DNA from: Eledone cirrhosa
Lineage: Eukaryota
NCBI GenBank assembly: GCA_964016885.1
Contig: OZ024742.1
Location: 9,858,001 to 9,922,000, forward strand
Length of the DNA: 64,000 nucleotides
Direction of reading: 5' to 3'
The translations under genes were made by a program, and so were the position numbers. How positions within the stretch are numbered: the stretch's first letter is position 1; every line of letters begins with the position of its first letter. The notes beneath the pieces are model-generated. The model had not been told where the DNA came from and did no database searches. It saw nothing but the letters and a program-made list of their open reading frames with translations. Positions 50,301-64,000 of the stretch are shown piece after piece.

Positions 50301-53300
50301 AGTTAGACTAATACATCAATAGACTGGAGTTAGACTAGTACAACAATACACTGGGGTTAGACTAGTACACCAATGGACTGTGGTTAGACTAGTACATCAA
50401 TAGACTGAGATTAGACTAGTACATCAATAGACTGGGGTTAGACTAGTACATCAATAGACTGGAGTTAGACTAGTACATCAATAGACTGGGGTTAGACTAG
50501 TACATCAATAGACAGGGGTTAGACTAGTACATCAATAGACAGGGGTTAGACTAGTACATCAATACACTGGAGTTAGACTAGGAAATCAATAGGCTGGGGT
50601 GCAACAAGTACATCAATAGACTGAGATTAGACTAGTACATCAATAGACTGGAGTTAGACTAGCACATAAATAGACTGGGGTTAGACTAGTACATCAATAG
50701 ACAGGGGTTAGACTAGTACATCAATAGACTGGGGTTATACTAGTACATCAATAGACTGGGGTTAGACTAGTACATCAATAAACTGGGGTTAGATAGTACA
50801 TCAGTAGACTGGGGTTAGACTAGTACATCAATAGACTGGGGTAGACTAGTACATCAATAGACTGATATTAGACTAGTTCATCAATAGAGTGGGGTTAGAC
50901 TAGTACATAAATAGACTGGGGTTAGACTAGTACATCAATAGGCTGGGGTTAGACTAGTACATCAATAGACTGAGAGTAGACTAGTACATCAATAGACTGA
51001 GATTAGACTAGTACATCAATGGACTGGAGTTAGCCTAGTACATCAATAGACTGGTATTATACTAGTACATCAATAGACTGGAGTTAGACTAGTACATCAA
51101 TAGACAGGAGTTAGACTAGTACATCAATAGACTGGAGTTAGACTAGTACATCAATAGACTGGGTTAGACTAGTACATAAACAGACTTGGGTTAGTCTAGT
51201 ACATCAATAGACTGGGGTTAGACTAGTACATCAATAGACAGGAATTAAACTAGAACAGCAACAGACCGGGTTAGACAAGTACATCAATAGACTGGGGTTA
51301 GTCTAGTACATCAATAGACTGGGATTAGACTAGTACATCAATAGACTGGGTTTAGATTAGTACATCAATAGACTGGAGTTAGACTAGTACATAGATAGAC
51401 TGGGGTTAGTCTAGTACATCAATAGACAGGGGTTAGACTAGTACATCAATAGACTGGAGTTAGACTAGTACAGCAACAGACTGGGGTTAGACAAGTACAT
51501 CAATAGACTGTGGTTAGAGTAGTACATCAATAGACTGGGGTTAGACTAGTACATCAATAGACCGAGATTATACTAGTACATCAGTAGACTGAGGTTAGTC
51601 TAGTACATCAAAAGACTGGAGTTAGACTAGTACAGCAACAGACTGGGGTTAGACAAGTACATCAATAGACTGTGGTTAGAGTAGTACATCAATAGACTGG
51701 GGTTAGACTAGTACATCAATAGACTGGAGTTAGACTAGTACAGCAACAGACTGGGGTTAGACAAGTACATCAATAGCCTGGGGTTAGACTAGTACATCAA
51801 TAGACTGGGGTTAGATTAGTACATCAATAGACTAGGGTTAAACTAGTACATCAATAGACTGAGATTAGTCTAGTACATCAATAGACTGGGGTAGACTAGT
51901 ACATCAATAGACTGGGGTTAGACTAGTACATCAATAGACTGAGATTAGATTAGTACATCAATAGCCTGAGATTAGACTAGTACATCAACAGTCTGGAGTT
52001 AGCCTAGTACATCAATAGACTGGGGTTAGTCTAGTAAATCAATAGACTGGGGTTAGATTAGTACATCAATAGACTGTGGTTAGACTAATACATCAATAGA
52101 CTGGGGTTAGACTAGTACATCAATAGACTGGAATTAGACTAGTACATCAATAGACTGGGGTTAGACTAGTACACCAATGGACTGTGGTTAGACTAGTACA
52201 TCAATAGACTGAGATTAGACTAGTACATCAATAGACTGGGGATAGACTAGTACATCAATAGACTGGAGTTAGACTAGTACATCAATAGACTGGGGTTAGA
52301 CTAGTACATCAATAGACTGGGGTTAGACTAGTACATCAATAGACTGGAGTTAGACTAGGAAATCAATAGGCTGGGGTGAGACTAGTACATCAATAGACTG
52401 AGATTAGACTAGTACATCGATAGACTGTAGTTAGACCAGTACATCAATAGACCTGAGTAAGACTAGTAAATCAATAGACTGGTGTTAGACTAGTAAATCA
52501 ATAGACTGGATTAGACGAGTACATCAATGGACTGAGATTAGACTAGTAAATCAATAGACTGGTGTTAGACTAGTACATCAATAGCCTAGGTTTAGACTAG
52601 TACATCAATAGACTGAGATTAGACTAGTACATCAGTAGACTGGAGTTAGCCTAGTACATCAATAGACTGGGATTAGAATAGTACATCAATAGACTGGGGT
52701 TAGTCTAGTACATCAATAGACCGAGATTATACTAGTACATCATTAGACTGGGGTTAGACTAGTACGTCAATAAACTGGGGTTAGATAGTACATCAGTAGA
52801 CTGGGGTTAGACTAGTACATCAATAGACTGGGGTTAGACTAGTACATCAATAGACTGGGGTAGACTAGTACATCAATAGACTGATATTAGACTAGTTCAT
52901 CAATAGACTGTGGTTAGACTAGTACATCAATAGACTTAGATTAGACTAGTATATCAATAGACTGAAATTAGACTAGTACATCAACAGACTGGAGTTAGGC
53001 TAGTACTTTAATAAACTGGGGTTAGACTACTCCATATATAGACTGAGATTAGACTAGTACATCGATAGACTGGGGTTAGACTAATACATCAATAGACTGG
53101 GGTTAGATTAGTACATCAATAGACTGGGTTGAGACTAGTACATCAATAGACTGGGGTTAGACTAGTACATCAATGGTCTGGGGTTAGACTAGTACATCAA
53201 TAGACTGAGATTAGACTAGTACTAGTACATCAATAGACTGGGGTTTGACTAGTACATCAATAGACTTGGGTTGGACTAGTACATCAATAGACTGTGGTTA

Positions 53301-56300
53301 GACTAGTACATCAATAGACTGAGATTAGACTAGTACTAGTACATCAATAGACTGGGGTTAGACTAGTACATCAATAGACTGGATTTAATCTAGTACATCA
53401 ATAGACTGGGTTTAGAATAGTACAGCTATAGACTGGGGTTAGTCTAGTACATCAATAGACTGGGGTTAAACTAGTACATGAATAGACTGGGGTTAGACTA
53501 GTACACCAACAGACTGGGGTTAGACAAGTACATCAATAGACTGGGGTTAGTCTAGTACAACAATAGACTGAGATTATACTAGTACGTCAATAAACTTGGG
53601 TTAGATGGTACATCAGTAGACTGGGGTTAGACGAGTACATCAATAGACTGGGGTTAGACTAGTACATCAATAGGCTAGGTTTAGACTAGTACATCAATAT
53701 ACTGAGAGTAGACTAGTACATCGATAGAATGGGGTTAGACTAATACATCAATAGAGTGAGATTAGATTAGTACATCAATAGACTGAGATTAGACTAGTAC
53801 ATCAATGGACTGGAGTTAGTCTAGTACATCAATAGACTGGGATTATACTAGTACATCAATAGACTGGGGTTAGTCTAGTACATCAATAGAATGGAGTTAG
53901 ACTAGTACATCAATAGACTGGAGTTAGACTAGTACATGAATAGACTGGGGTTAGACTAGTACAACAATAGACTGGAGTTAGACTAGTACATGAATAGACT
54001 GGAGTTAGACTAGTAAATCAATAGACTGGAGTTAGACTAGTACATCAATAGACTGAGATTAGACTAGTACATCAATGGACTGGAGTTAAACTAGTACATC
54101 AATAGACTGGGATTATACTAGTACATCATTAGACTGAGATTAGACTAGTACATCAATAGACTGAGATTAGACTAGTACATCAATAGACTGAGAGTAGACA
54201 AGTACATCGATAGCATGGGGTTAGACTAATACATCAATAGACTGAGATTAGATTAGAACATCAATAGACTGGGGTTAGACTAGTACATCAATAGACTGGA
54301 GTTACACTAGTACATCAATAGAGTGGGGTTAGTCTAGTGCATCAATATACTGGGGTTAGACTAGTACATCAATAGACTGGGTTAGACTAGTACATCAATA
54401 TACTGAGAATAGACTAGTACATCAATAGACTGGATTTAGACTAGTACATCAATAGACTGGGGTTACACTAGTACATCATTAGACTGAGATTAGACTAGTA
54501 CATCAATAGACTGGAGTTAGATTAGTACATCAATAGACTGGGGTTAGACTAGTTCATCAATTGACTGGGGTTAGACTAGTACATCAATAGACTGGAGTTA
54601 AACTAGTACAGCAATAGACTGGAGTTAGACTAGTACATCAATAGAATGGAGTTAGACTAGTACATCAATAGACTGGAGTTAGACTAGTACATCAATAGAC
54701 TGGAGTTAGACTAGTACATCAATGGACTGAGGTTTTGACTAGTATAAGTACATCAATAGACTTGGGTTAGACTAGTACATTAATAGACTGATATTAGACT
54801 AGTTCATCAATAGACTGGGGTTAGACTAGTACATCAATAGACTGGGGTTAGACTAGTACATCAATAGACTGGGTTTAGACTACTACATCAATAGACTGGG
54901 GTTAGACTAGTACATCAATATGCTGGGGTTAGACTAGTACATCAATAGACTGGAGTTAGACTAGTACATCAATAGACTGGGGTTAGACTAGTACATCAAT
55001 ATGCTGGGGTTACACTAGTACATTAACAGACTGGGGTTAGACTAGTACATCAATAGACTGGGGTTAGACTAGTACATCAATATGCTGGGTTTAGACTAGT
55101 ACATCAATAGACTGAGATTAGACTAGTGCATCGATAGACTGGGGTTAGACTAATACATCAATAGACTGAGATTAGATTAGTACATCAATAGACTGAGATT
55201 AGACTAGTACATCAATAGACTGGGGGTAGTCGAGTACATCATTAGACTAGGGTAAGACTAGTACATCAATAGCGTGGGTTAGACTAGTACATCAATGGAC
55301 TGAGGTTTAGACTAGTATTATTACATTAATAGACTGGGGTTAGACTAGTACATCAATAGACTGGGGTTAGACTAGTACATTAATAGACTGAGATTAGACT
55401 AGTACTAGTACATCAATAGACTGGGTTTAGAATAGTACATCAATAGACTGGGGTTAGACTAGTACATCAATAGACTGGGGTTATACTAGTTCATCAATTG
55501 ACTAGGGTTAGACTACTACATCAATAGACTGGGGGTAGTCAAGTACATCATTAGACTAGGGTAAGACTAGTACATCAATAGCGTGGGTTAGACTAGTACA
55601 TCAATAGACTTAGATTAGACTAGTACATCAATAGAGTGAAATTAGACTAGTACATCAATACACTGGAGTTAGCCTAGTACTTTAATAAACTGGGGTTAGA
55701 CTACTCCATCAATAGACTGAGATTAGACTGTACATCAATAGCCTGGGGTTAGACTAATACATCAATAGACTGGGGTTAGATTATTACATCAATAGACTGG
55801 TGTGAGACTATTACATCAATAGACTGGGGTTAGACTAGTACATCAATGGTCTGGGGTTAGACTATTACATCAATAGACTGAGATTAGTCTAGTACTAGTA
55901 CATCAATAGACTGGGGTTTGACTAGTACATCAATAGACTTGGGTTGGACTAGTACATCAATTGACTGTGGTTAGACTAGTACATCAATAGACTGGATTTA
56001 CTCTAATACATCAATAGACTGGGGTTATACTAGTACATCAATAGACTGGAGTTAGATTAGTACATCTATATGACTAGGGTTAGTCTAGTATATCAATAGA
56101 ATGGGGTTAGACTAGTACATCAATAGACTGGGTTAGACTAGTACATCAATAGGCTGGGCTTAGACTAGTACATCAATAGACTGAGATTAGACTAGTACAT
56201 CAATAGACTGGAATTAGCCTAGTACATCAATAGACTGGGGTTAGTCTAATACATCAATAGACTGGGGTTAGACTAGTACATCAATAGACTGGAGTTACAC

Positions 56301-59300
56301 TATTACATCAATAGAGTGGGGTTAGTCTAGTACATCACTAGACTGGGGTTAGACAAGTACATCAATAGACTGGAGTTAGACTAGTACATCAATACACTGG
56401 GGTTAGACTAGTACATCAATAGACTGGGGTTATACTAGTTCATCAATTGACTGGGGTTAGACTACTACATCAATAGACTGGGGGTAGTCGAGTACATCAT
56501 TAGACTGGGGTAAGACTAGTACATCAATAGCGTGGGTTAGACTCGTACATCAATAGACTGGGTTTAGACTAGTACATCAATAGACTGGGGTTAGACTAAT
56601 ACATTAATAGACTTAGATTAGACTAGTACATCAATAGACTGGAGTTAGCCTAGTACTTTAATAAACTGTGGTTAGACTACTCCATCAATAGACTGAGATT
56701 AGACTGTACATCGATAGACTGGGGTTAGACTAATACATCAATAGACTGGGGTTAGATTAGTACATCAATAGACTGGTGTGAGACTAGTACATCAATAGAC
56801 TGGGGTTAGACTAGTACATCAATGGTCTGGGGTTAGACTATTACATCAATAGACTGAGATTAGACTAGTACTAGTACATCAATAGACTGGGGTTTGACTA
56901 GTACATCAATAGACTTGGGTTGGACTAGTACATCAATTGACTGTGGTTAGACTAGTACATCAATAGACTGGATTTACTCTAATACATCAATAGACTGGGG
57001 TTATACTAGTACATCAATAGACTGGAGTTAGATTAGTACATCTATATGACTAGGGTTAGTCTAGTATATCAATAGAATGGGGTTAGACTAGTACATCAAT
57101 AGACTGGGTTAGACTAGTACATCAATAGGCTGGGCTTAGCCTAGTACATCAATAGACTGAGATTAGACTAGTACATCAATAGACTGGAGTTAGACTAGTA
57201 CATCAATAGACTGAAATTAGACTAGTACATCAATAGACTGGAGTTAGCCTAGTACTTTAATAAACTGGGGTTAGACTACTCCATCTATAGACTGAGATTA
57301 GACTAGTACATCGATAGACTGGGGTTAGACTAATACATCAATAGACTGGGGTTAGATTAGTACATCAATAGACTGGGTTGAGACTAGTACATCAATAGAC
57401 TGAGATTAGACTAGTACTATTACATCAATAGACTGGGGTTTGACTAGTACATCAATAGGCTTGGGTTGGACTAGTACATCAATAGACTGTGGTTAGACTA
57501 GTACATCAATATACTCGATTTAATCTAGTACATCAATAGACTGGGGTTAGAATAGTACAGCAATAGACTGGGGTTAGTCTAGTACATCAATAGACTGGGG
57601 TTAAACTAGTACATAAATAGACTGGGGTTAGACTAGTACACCAACAGACTGGGGTTAGACAAGTACATCAATAGACTGGGGTTAGTCTAGTACACCAATG
57701 GACTGAGATTATACTAGTACATCAATAAACTTGGGTTAGATAGTACATCAGTAGACTGGGGTTAGACTAGTACATCAATAGACTGGGGTTAGACTAGTAC
57801 ATCAATTGGCTGGGGTTAGACTAGTACATCAATAGACTGGGGGTAGTCGAGTACATCATTAGACTAGGGTAAGACTAGTACATCAATAGCGTGGGTTAGA
57901 CTAGTACATCAATGGACTGAGGTTTAGACTAGTATTATTACATTAATAGACTGGGGTTAGACTAGTACATCAATAGACTGGGGTTAGACTAGTACATTAA
58001 TAGACTGAGATTAGACTAGTACTAGTACATCAATAGACTGGGTTTAGAATAGTACATCAATAGACTGGGGTTAGACTAGTACATCAATAGACTGGGGTTA
58101 TACTAGTTCATCAATTGACTAGGGTTAGACTACTACATCAATAGACTGGGGGTAGTCGAGTACATCATTAGACTAGGGTAAGACTAGTACATCAATAGCG
58201 TGGGTTAGACTAGTACATCAATAGACTTAGATTAGACTAGTACATCAATAGACTGAAATTAGACTAGTACATCAATACACTGGAGTTAGCCTAGTACTTT
58301 AATAAACTGGGGTTAGACTACTCCATCAATAGACTGAGATTAGACTGTACATCAATAGCCTGGGGTTAGACTAATACATCAATAGACTGGGGTTAGATTA
58401 TTACATCAATAGACTGGTGTGAGACTATTACATCAATAGACTGGGGTTAGACTAGTACATCAATGGTCTGGGGTTAGACTATTACATCAATAGACTGAGA
58501 TTAGTCTAGTACTAGTACATCAATAGACTGGGGTTTGACTAGTACATCAATAGACTTGGGTTGGACTAGTACATCAATTGACTGTGGTTAGACTAGTACA
58601 TCAATAGACTGGATTTACTCTAATACATCAATAGACTGGGGTTATACTAGTACATCAATAGACTGGAGTTCGATTAGTACATCTATATGACTAGGGTTAG
58701 TCTAGTATATCAATAGAATGGGGTTAGACTAGTACATCAATAGACTGGGTTAGACTAGTACATCAATAGGCTGGGCTTAGACTAGTACATCAATAGACTG
58801 AGATTAGACTAGTACATCAATAGACTGGAATTAGCCTAGTACATCAATAGACTGGGGTTAGTCTAATACATCAATAGACTGGGGTTAGACTAGTACATCA
58901 ATAGACTGGAGTTACACTAGTACATCAATAGAGTGGGGTTAGTCTAGTACATCACTAGACTGGGGTTAGACAAGTACATCAATAGACTGGAATTAGACTA
59001 GTACATCAATACACTGGGGTTAGACTAGTACATCAATAGACTGGGGTTATACTAGTTCATCAATTGACTGGGGTTAGACTACTACATCAATAGACTGGGG
59101 GTAGTCGAGTACATCATTAGACTGGGGTAAGACTAGTACATCAATAGCGTGGGTTAGACTCGTACATCAATAGACTGGGTTTAGACTAGTACATCAATAG
59201 ACTGGGGTTAGACTAATACATTAATAGACTTAGATTAGACTAGTACATCAATAGACTGGAGTTAGCCTAGTACTTTAATAAACTGTGGTTAGACTACTCC

Positions 59301-62300
59301 ATCAATAGACTGAGATTAGACTGTACATCGATAGACTGGGGTTAGACTAATACATCAATAGACTGGGGTTAGATTAGTACATCAATAGACTGGTGTGAGA
59401 CTAGTACATCAATAGACTGGGGTTAGACTAGTACATCAATGGTCTGGGGTTAGACTATTACATCAATAGACTGAGATTAGACTAGTACTAGTACATCAAT
59501 AGACTGGGGTTTGACTAGTACATCAATAGACTTGGGTTGGACTAGTACATCAATTGACTGTGGTTAGACTAGTACATCAATAGACTGGATTTACTCTAAT
59601 ACATCAATAGACTGGGGTTATACTAGTACATCAATAGACTGGAGTTAGATTAGTACATCTATATGACTAGGGTTAGTCTAGTATATCAATAGAATGGGGT
59701 TAGACTAGTACATCAATAGACTGGGTTAGACTAGTACATCAATAGGCTGGGCTTAGCCTAGTACATCAATAGACTGAGATTAGACTAGTACATCAATAGA
59801 CTGGAATTAGCCTAGTACATCAATAGACTGGGGTTAGTCTAATACATCACTAGACTGGGGTTAGACTAGTACATCAATAGACTGGAGTTACACTAGTACA
59901 TCAATAGAGTGGGGTTAGTCTAGTACATCACTAGACTGGGGTTAGACAAGTACATCAATAGACTGGAGTTAGACTATTACATCAATAAACTGGAGTTAGA
60001 CTAGTACATCAATATACTGGGGTTAGACTAGTACATCAATTGACTGGGTTAGACTAGTACATAAATATACTGAGATTAGACTAGTACATCAATAGACTGG
60101 GTTTAGACTAATACAACATTAGACTGAGATTAGACTAGTACATTAATAGACTGGAGTTAGACTAGTACATCAATAGACTGGGGTTAGACTAGTACATCAA
60201 TAGACTGGAGTTACACTAGTACATCAATAGAGTGGGGTTAGACTAGTACATCAATATACTGGGGTTAGACTAGTACATCAATATACTGAGAATAGACTAG
60301 TACATCAATAGACTGGAGTTAGACAAGTACATCAATAGACTGGGGTTAGACAAGTTCATCAACAAACTGGGGTTAGACTAGTACATCAATAGACTGGAGT
60401 TAAACTAGTACATCAATAGACCGGAGTTAGACTAGTACATCAATAGACTGGAGTTAGACTAGTACATCAATAGACTGGAGTTAGACTAGTACATCAATAG
60501 ACTGGAGATAGACTAGTACATCAATAGACTGGAGTTAGACTAGTACATCGATAGACTGGGATTAGACTAGTACATCAATGGGCTGAGGTTTAGACTAGTA
60601 TTATTACATCAATAGACTGGGGTTAGACTAGTACATCAATAGACTGGGGTTAGACTAGTACATTAATAGACTGAGATTAGACTAGTACTAGTACATCAAA
60701 AGACTGGGTTTAGACTAGTACATCAATAGACTGGGGTTAGACTAGTACATCAATAGACTGGGGTTATACTAGTTCATCAATTGACTGGGGTTAGACTACT
60801 GCATCAATAGACTGGGGGTAGTCGAGTACATCATTAGACTGGGGTAAGACTAGTACATCAATAGCGTGGGTTAGACTAGTACATCAATAGACTGGGTTTA
60901 GACTAGTACATCAATAGACTGGGGTTAGATTAATACATTAATAGACTTAGATTAGACTAGTACATCAATAGACTGAAATTAGACTAGTACATCAATACAC
61001 TGGAGTTAGCCTAGTACTTTAATAAACTGGGGTAAGACTACTCCATCAATAGACTGAGATTAGACTGTACATCGATAGACTGGGGTTAGACTAATACATC
61101 AATAGACTGGGGTTAGATTAGTACATCAATAGACTGGTGTGAGACTAGTACATCAATAGACTTGGGTTGGACTAGTACATCAATTGACTGTGGTTAGACT
61201 AGTACATCAATAGACTGGATTTACTCTAATACATCAATAGACTGGGGTTATACTAGTACATCAATAGACTGGAGTTAGATTAGTACATCTATATGACTAG
61301 GGTTAGTCTAGTATATCAATAGAATGGGGTTAGACTAGTACATCAATAGGCTGGGCTTAGACTAGTACATCAATAGACTGAGATTAGACTAGTACATCAA
61401 TAGACTGGAATTAGCCTAGTACATCAATAGACTGGGGTTAGTCTAATACATCAATAGACTGGGGTTAGACTAGTACATCAATAGACTGGAGTTACACTAG
61501 TACATCAATAGAGTGGGGTTAGTCTAGTACATCACTAGACTGGGGTTAGACAAGTACATCAATAGACTGGAGTTAGACTATTACATCAATAAACTGGAGT
61601 TAGACTAGTACATCAATATACTGGGGTTAGACTAGTACATCAATTGACTGGGTTAGACTAGTACATCAATATACTGAGATTAGACTGGTACATCGATAGA
61701 CTGGGTTTAGACTAATACAACATTAGATTGAGATTAGACTAGTACATTAATAGACTGGAGTTAGACTAGTACATCAAAAAGACTGGGGTTAGACTAGTAC
61801 ATCAATAGACTGGAGTTAAACTAGTACATCAATAGACCTGAGTTAGACTGGTACATCGATAGACTGGAGTTAGACTAGTACATCAATAGACTGGTGTTAG
61901 ACTAGTACATCAATAGAGTGGGGTTAGATTAGTACATCAATAGACTGGAGTTAGACTAGTACATCAATAGACTGGGGTTAGTCTAGTACATCAATAGACT
62001 GGAGTTAGACTAGTACATAAATAGACTAGGGTTAGACTAGTACATCAATAGACTGGGGTTAGACTAGTACATCAATAACTAGGGTTAGACTAGTAGATCA
62101 ATAGACTGGGGTTAGACTAGTACATCAACAGACTGGGTTAGACTAGTACATCAATATACTGAAATTAGACTAGTACATCAATAGACTGGATTTAGACTAA
62201 TATATCATTAGACTGAGATTAGACTAGTACATCAATAGACTGGAGTTATACTAGTACATCAATAGACTGGAGTTAGACTAGTACATCAATAGACTGGAGT

Positions 62301-64000
62301 TAGACTAGTGCATCAATAGACTGGGGTTAGACTAGTACATCAATAGACTGGAGTTAGACTAGTACATCAATAGACTGGAGTTAGTCTAGTACATCAATAC
62401 ACTGGAGTTAGACTACTACATCAATAGACTGGAGTTAGACTAGTACATCAATATACTGGGGTTAGACTAGTACATCAATGGTCTGGGGTTAGACTAGTAC
62501 ATCAATAGACTCAGATTAGACTAGTACTAGTACATCAATAGACTGGGGTTTGACTAGTACATCAATAGACTGTGGTTAGACTAGTACATCAATAGACTGG
62601 GGTTAGACTTGTACATCAACAGACTGAGATTATACTAGTACATCAATAAACTTGGGTTAGATAGTACATCAGTAGACTAAGGTTAGACTAGTACATCAAT
62701 AGGCTGGGGTTAGACTAGTACATCAATATACTGAGAGTAGACTAGTACATCGATAGAATGTGTTTAGACTAATACATCAATAGACTGAGATTAGATTAGT
62801 ACATCAATAGACTGAGATTAGACTAGTACATCAATGGACTGGGTTAGACTAGTACATCAATAGAATGGGCTTAGACTAGTACATCAATGGACTGGAGTTA
62901 GTCTAGTACATCAATAGACTGGGATTATACTAGTACATCAATAGACTGGGGTTAGTCTAGTACATCAATGGAATGGAGTTAGACTAGTACATCAATAGAC
63001 TGGAGTTAGACTAGTACATCAATAGACTGGGGTTAGACTAGTACAACAATAGACTGGAGTTAGACTAGTACATCAATAGACTGGAGTTAGACTAGTAAAT
63101 CAATAGACTGGAGTTAGACTAGTACATCAATAGACTGAGATTAGACTAGTACATCAATGGACTGGAGTTAAACTAGTACATCAATGGACTGGGATTATAC
63201 TAGTACATCAATAGACTGGGGTTAGTCTAGTACATCAATAGACTGGAGTTAGACTAGTACATCAATAGACTGGAGTTAGACTAGTACATCAACAGACTGG
63301 GGTTAGACTAGTACATTAATAGACTGGGTTAGACTAGTACGTCAATAGGCTGGGCTTAGACTATTACATCAATAGACTGAGATTAGACTAGTACATCAAA
63401 TGACTGGATTTAGACTAATACATCATTAGACTGAGATTAGACTAGTACATCAATAAACTGAGATTAGACTAGTACATCAATAGACTGAGAGTAGACAAGT
63501 ACATCGAAAGCATGGGGTTAGACTAATACATCAATAGACTGAGATTAGATTAGTACATCAATAGACTGGGATTATACTAGTACATCAATAAACTTGGGTT
63601 AGATAGTACATCAGTAGACTAAGGTTAGACTAGTACATCAATAGGCTGGGGTTAGACTAGTACATCAATATACTGAGAGTAGACTAGTACATCGATAGAA
63701 TGGGGTTAGACTAATCCATCAATAGACTGAGATTAGATTAGTACATCAATAGACTGAGATTAGACTAGTACATCAATGGACTGGGTTAGACTAGTACATC
63801 AATAGAATGGGCTTAGACTAGTACATCAATGGACTGGAGTTAGTCTAGTACATCAATAGACTGGGATTATACTAGTACATCAATAGACTGGGGTTAGTCT
63901 AGTACATCAATGGAATGGAGTTAGACTAGTACATTAATAGACTGGAGTTAGACTAGTACATCAATAGACTGGGGTTAGACTAGTACAACAATAGACTGGA
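41316..64000. repeat. 27-bp satellite array (>22 kb, ~840 units, runs off the window end)
   Basis: Unit TAGACTGGGGTTAGACTAGTACATCAA; period 27 (ttagact at 41364 and 41391). Confidence 0.99.

Noticed and set aside
29075-64000. CRISPR-like interpretation of the arrays
   Set aside because: Contiguous tandem monomers with no unique spacers, no cas genes, and a eukaryotic context.

Overview
This is AT-rich eukaryotic repetitive DNA. The SINE family and the microsatellite load look like an octopus or other coleoid cephalopod genome, which is an inference from recall. No intact host gene is recognisable, and most ORF-track entries are microsatellite artefacts. Main contents: (1) Two different 5'-truncated Penelope-like retroelements (RT plus C-terminal GIY-YIG, Naiad-like motifs), one nested inside the other at about 6.05-13.87 kb. 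Each is bracketed by inverted pseudo-LTRs carrying hammerhead-ribozyme (HHR) folds. (2) ORF-less palindromic insertions in (TA)n tracts that also carry HHR cores. Two HHR families show a compensatory U3-A8 core instead of C3-G8. (3) Many tRNA-derived SINEs, often as head-to-tail pairs. (4) A 5'-truncated RTE-clade LINE with a PHD-like finger inside its RT, plus a 3' fragment of the same LINE inserted in a 62-bp satellite (29.1-36.0 kb). (5) A 27-bp satellite of more than 22 kb (41.3 kb to window end) that starts at a SINE 3' end and has multi-level higher-order duplications.
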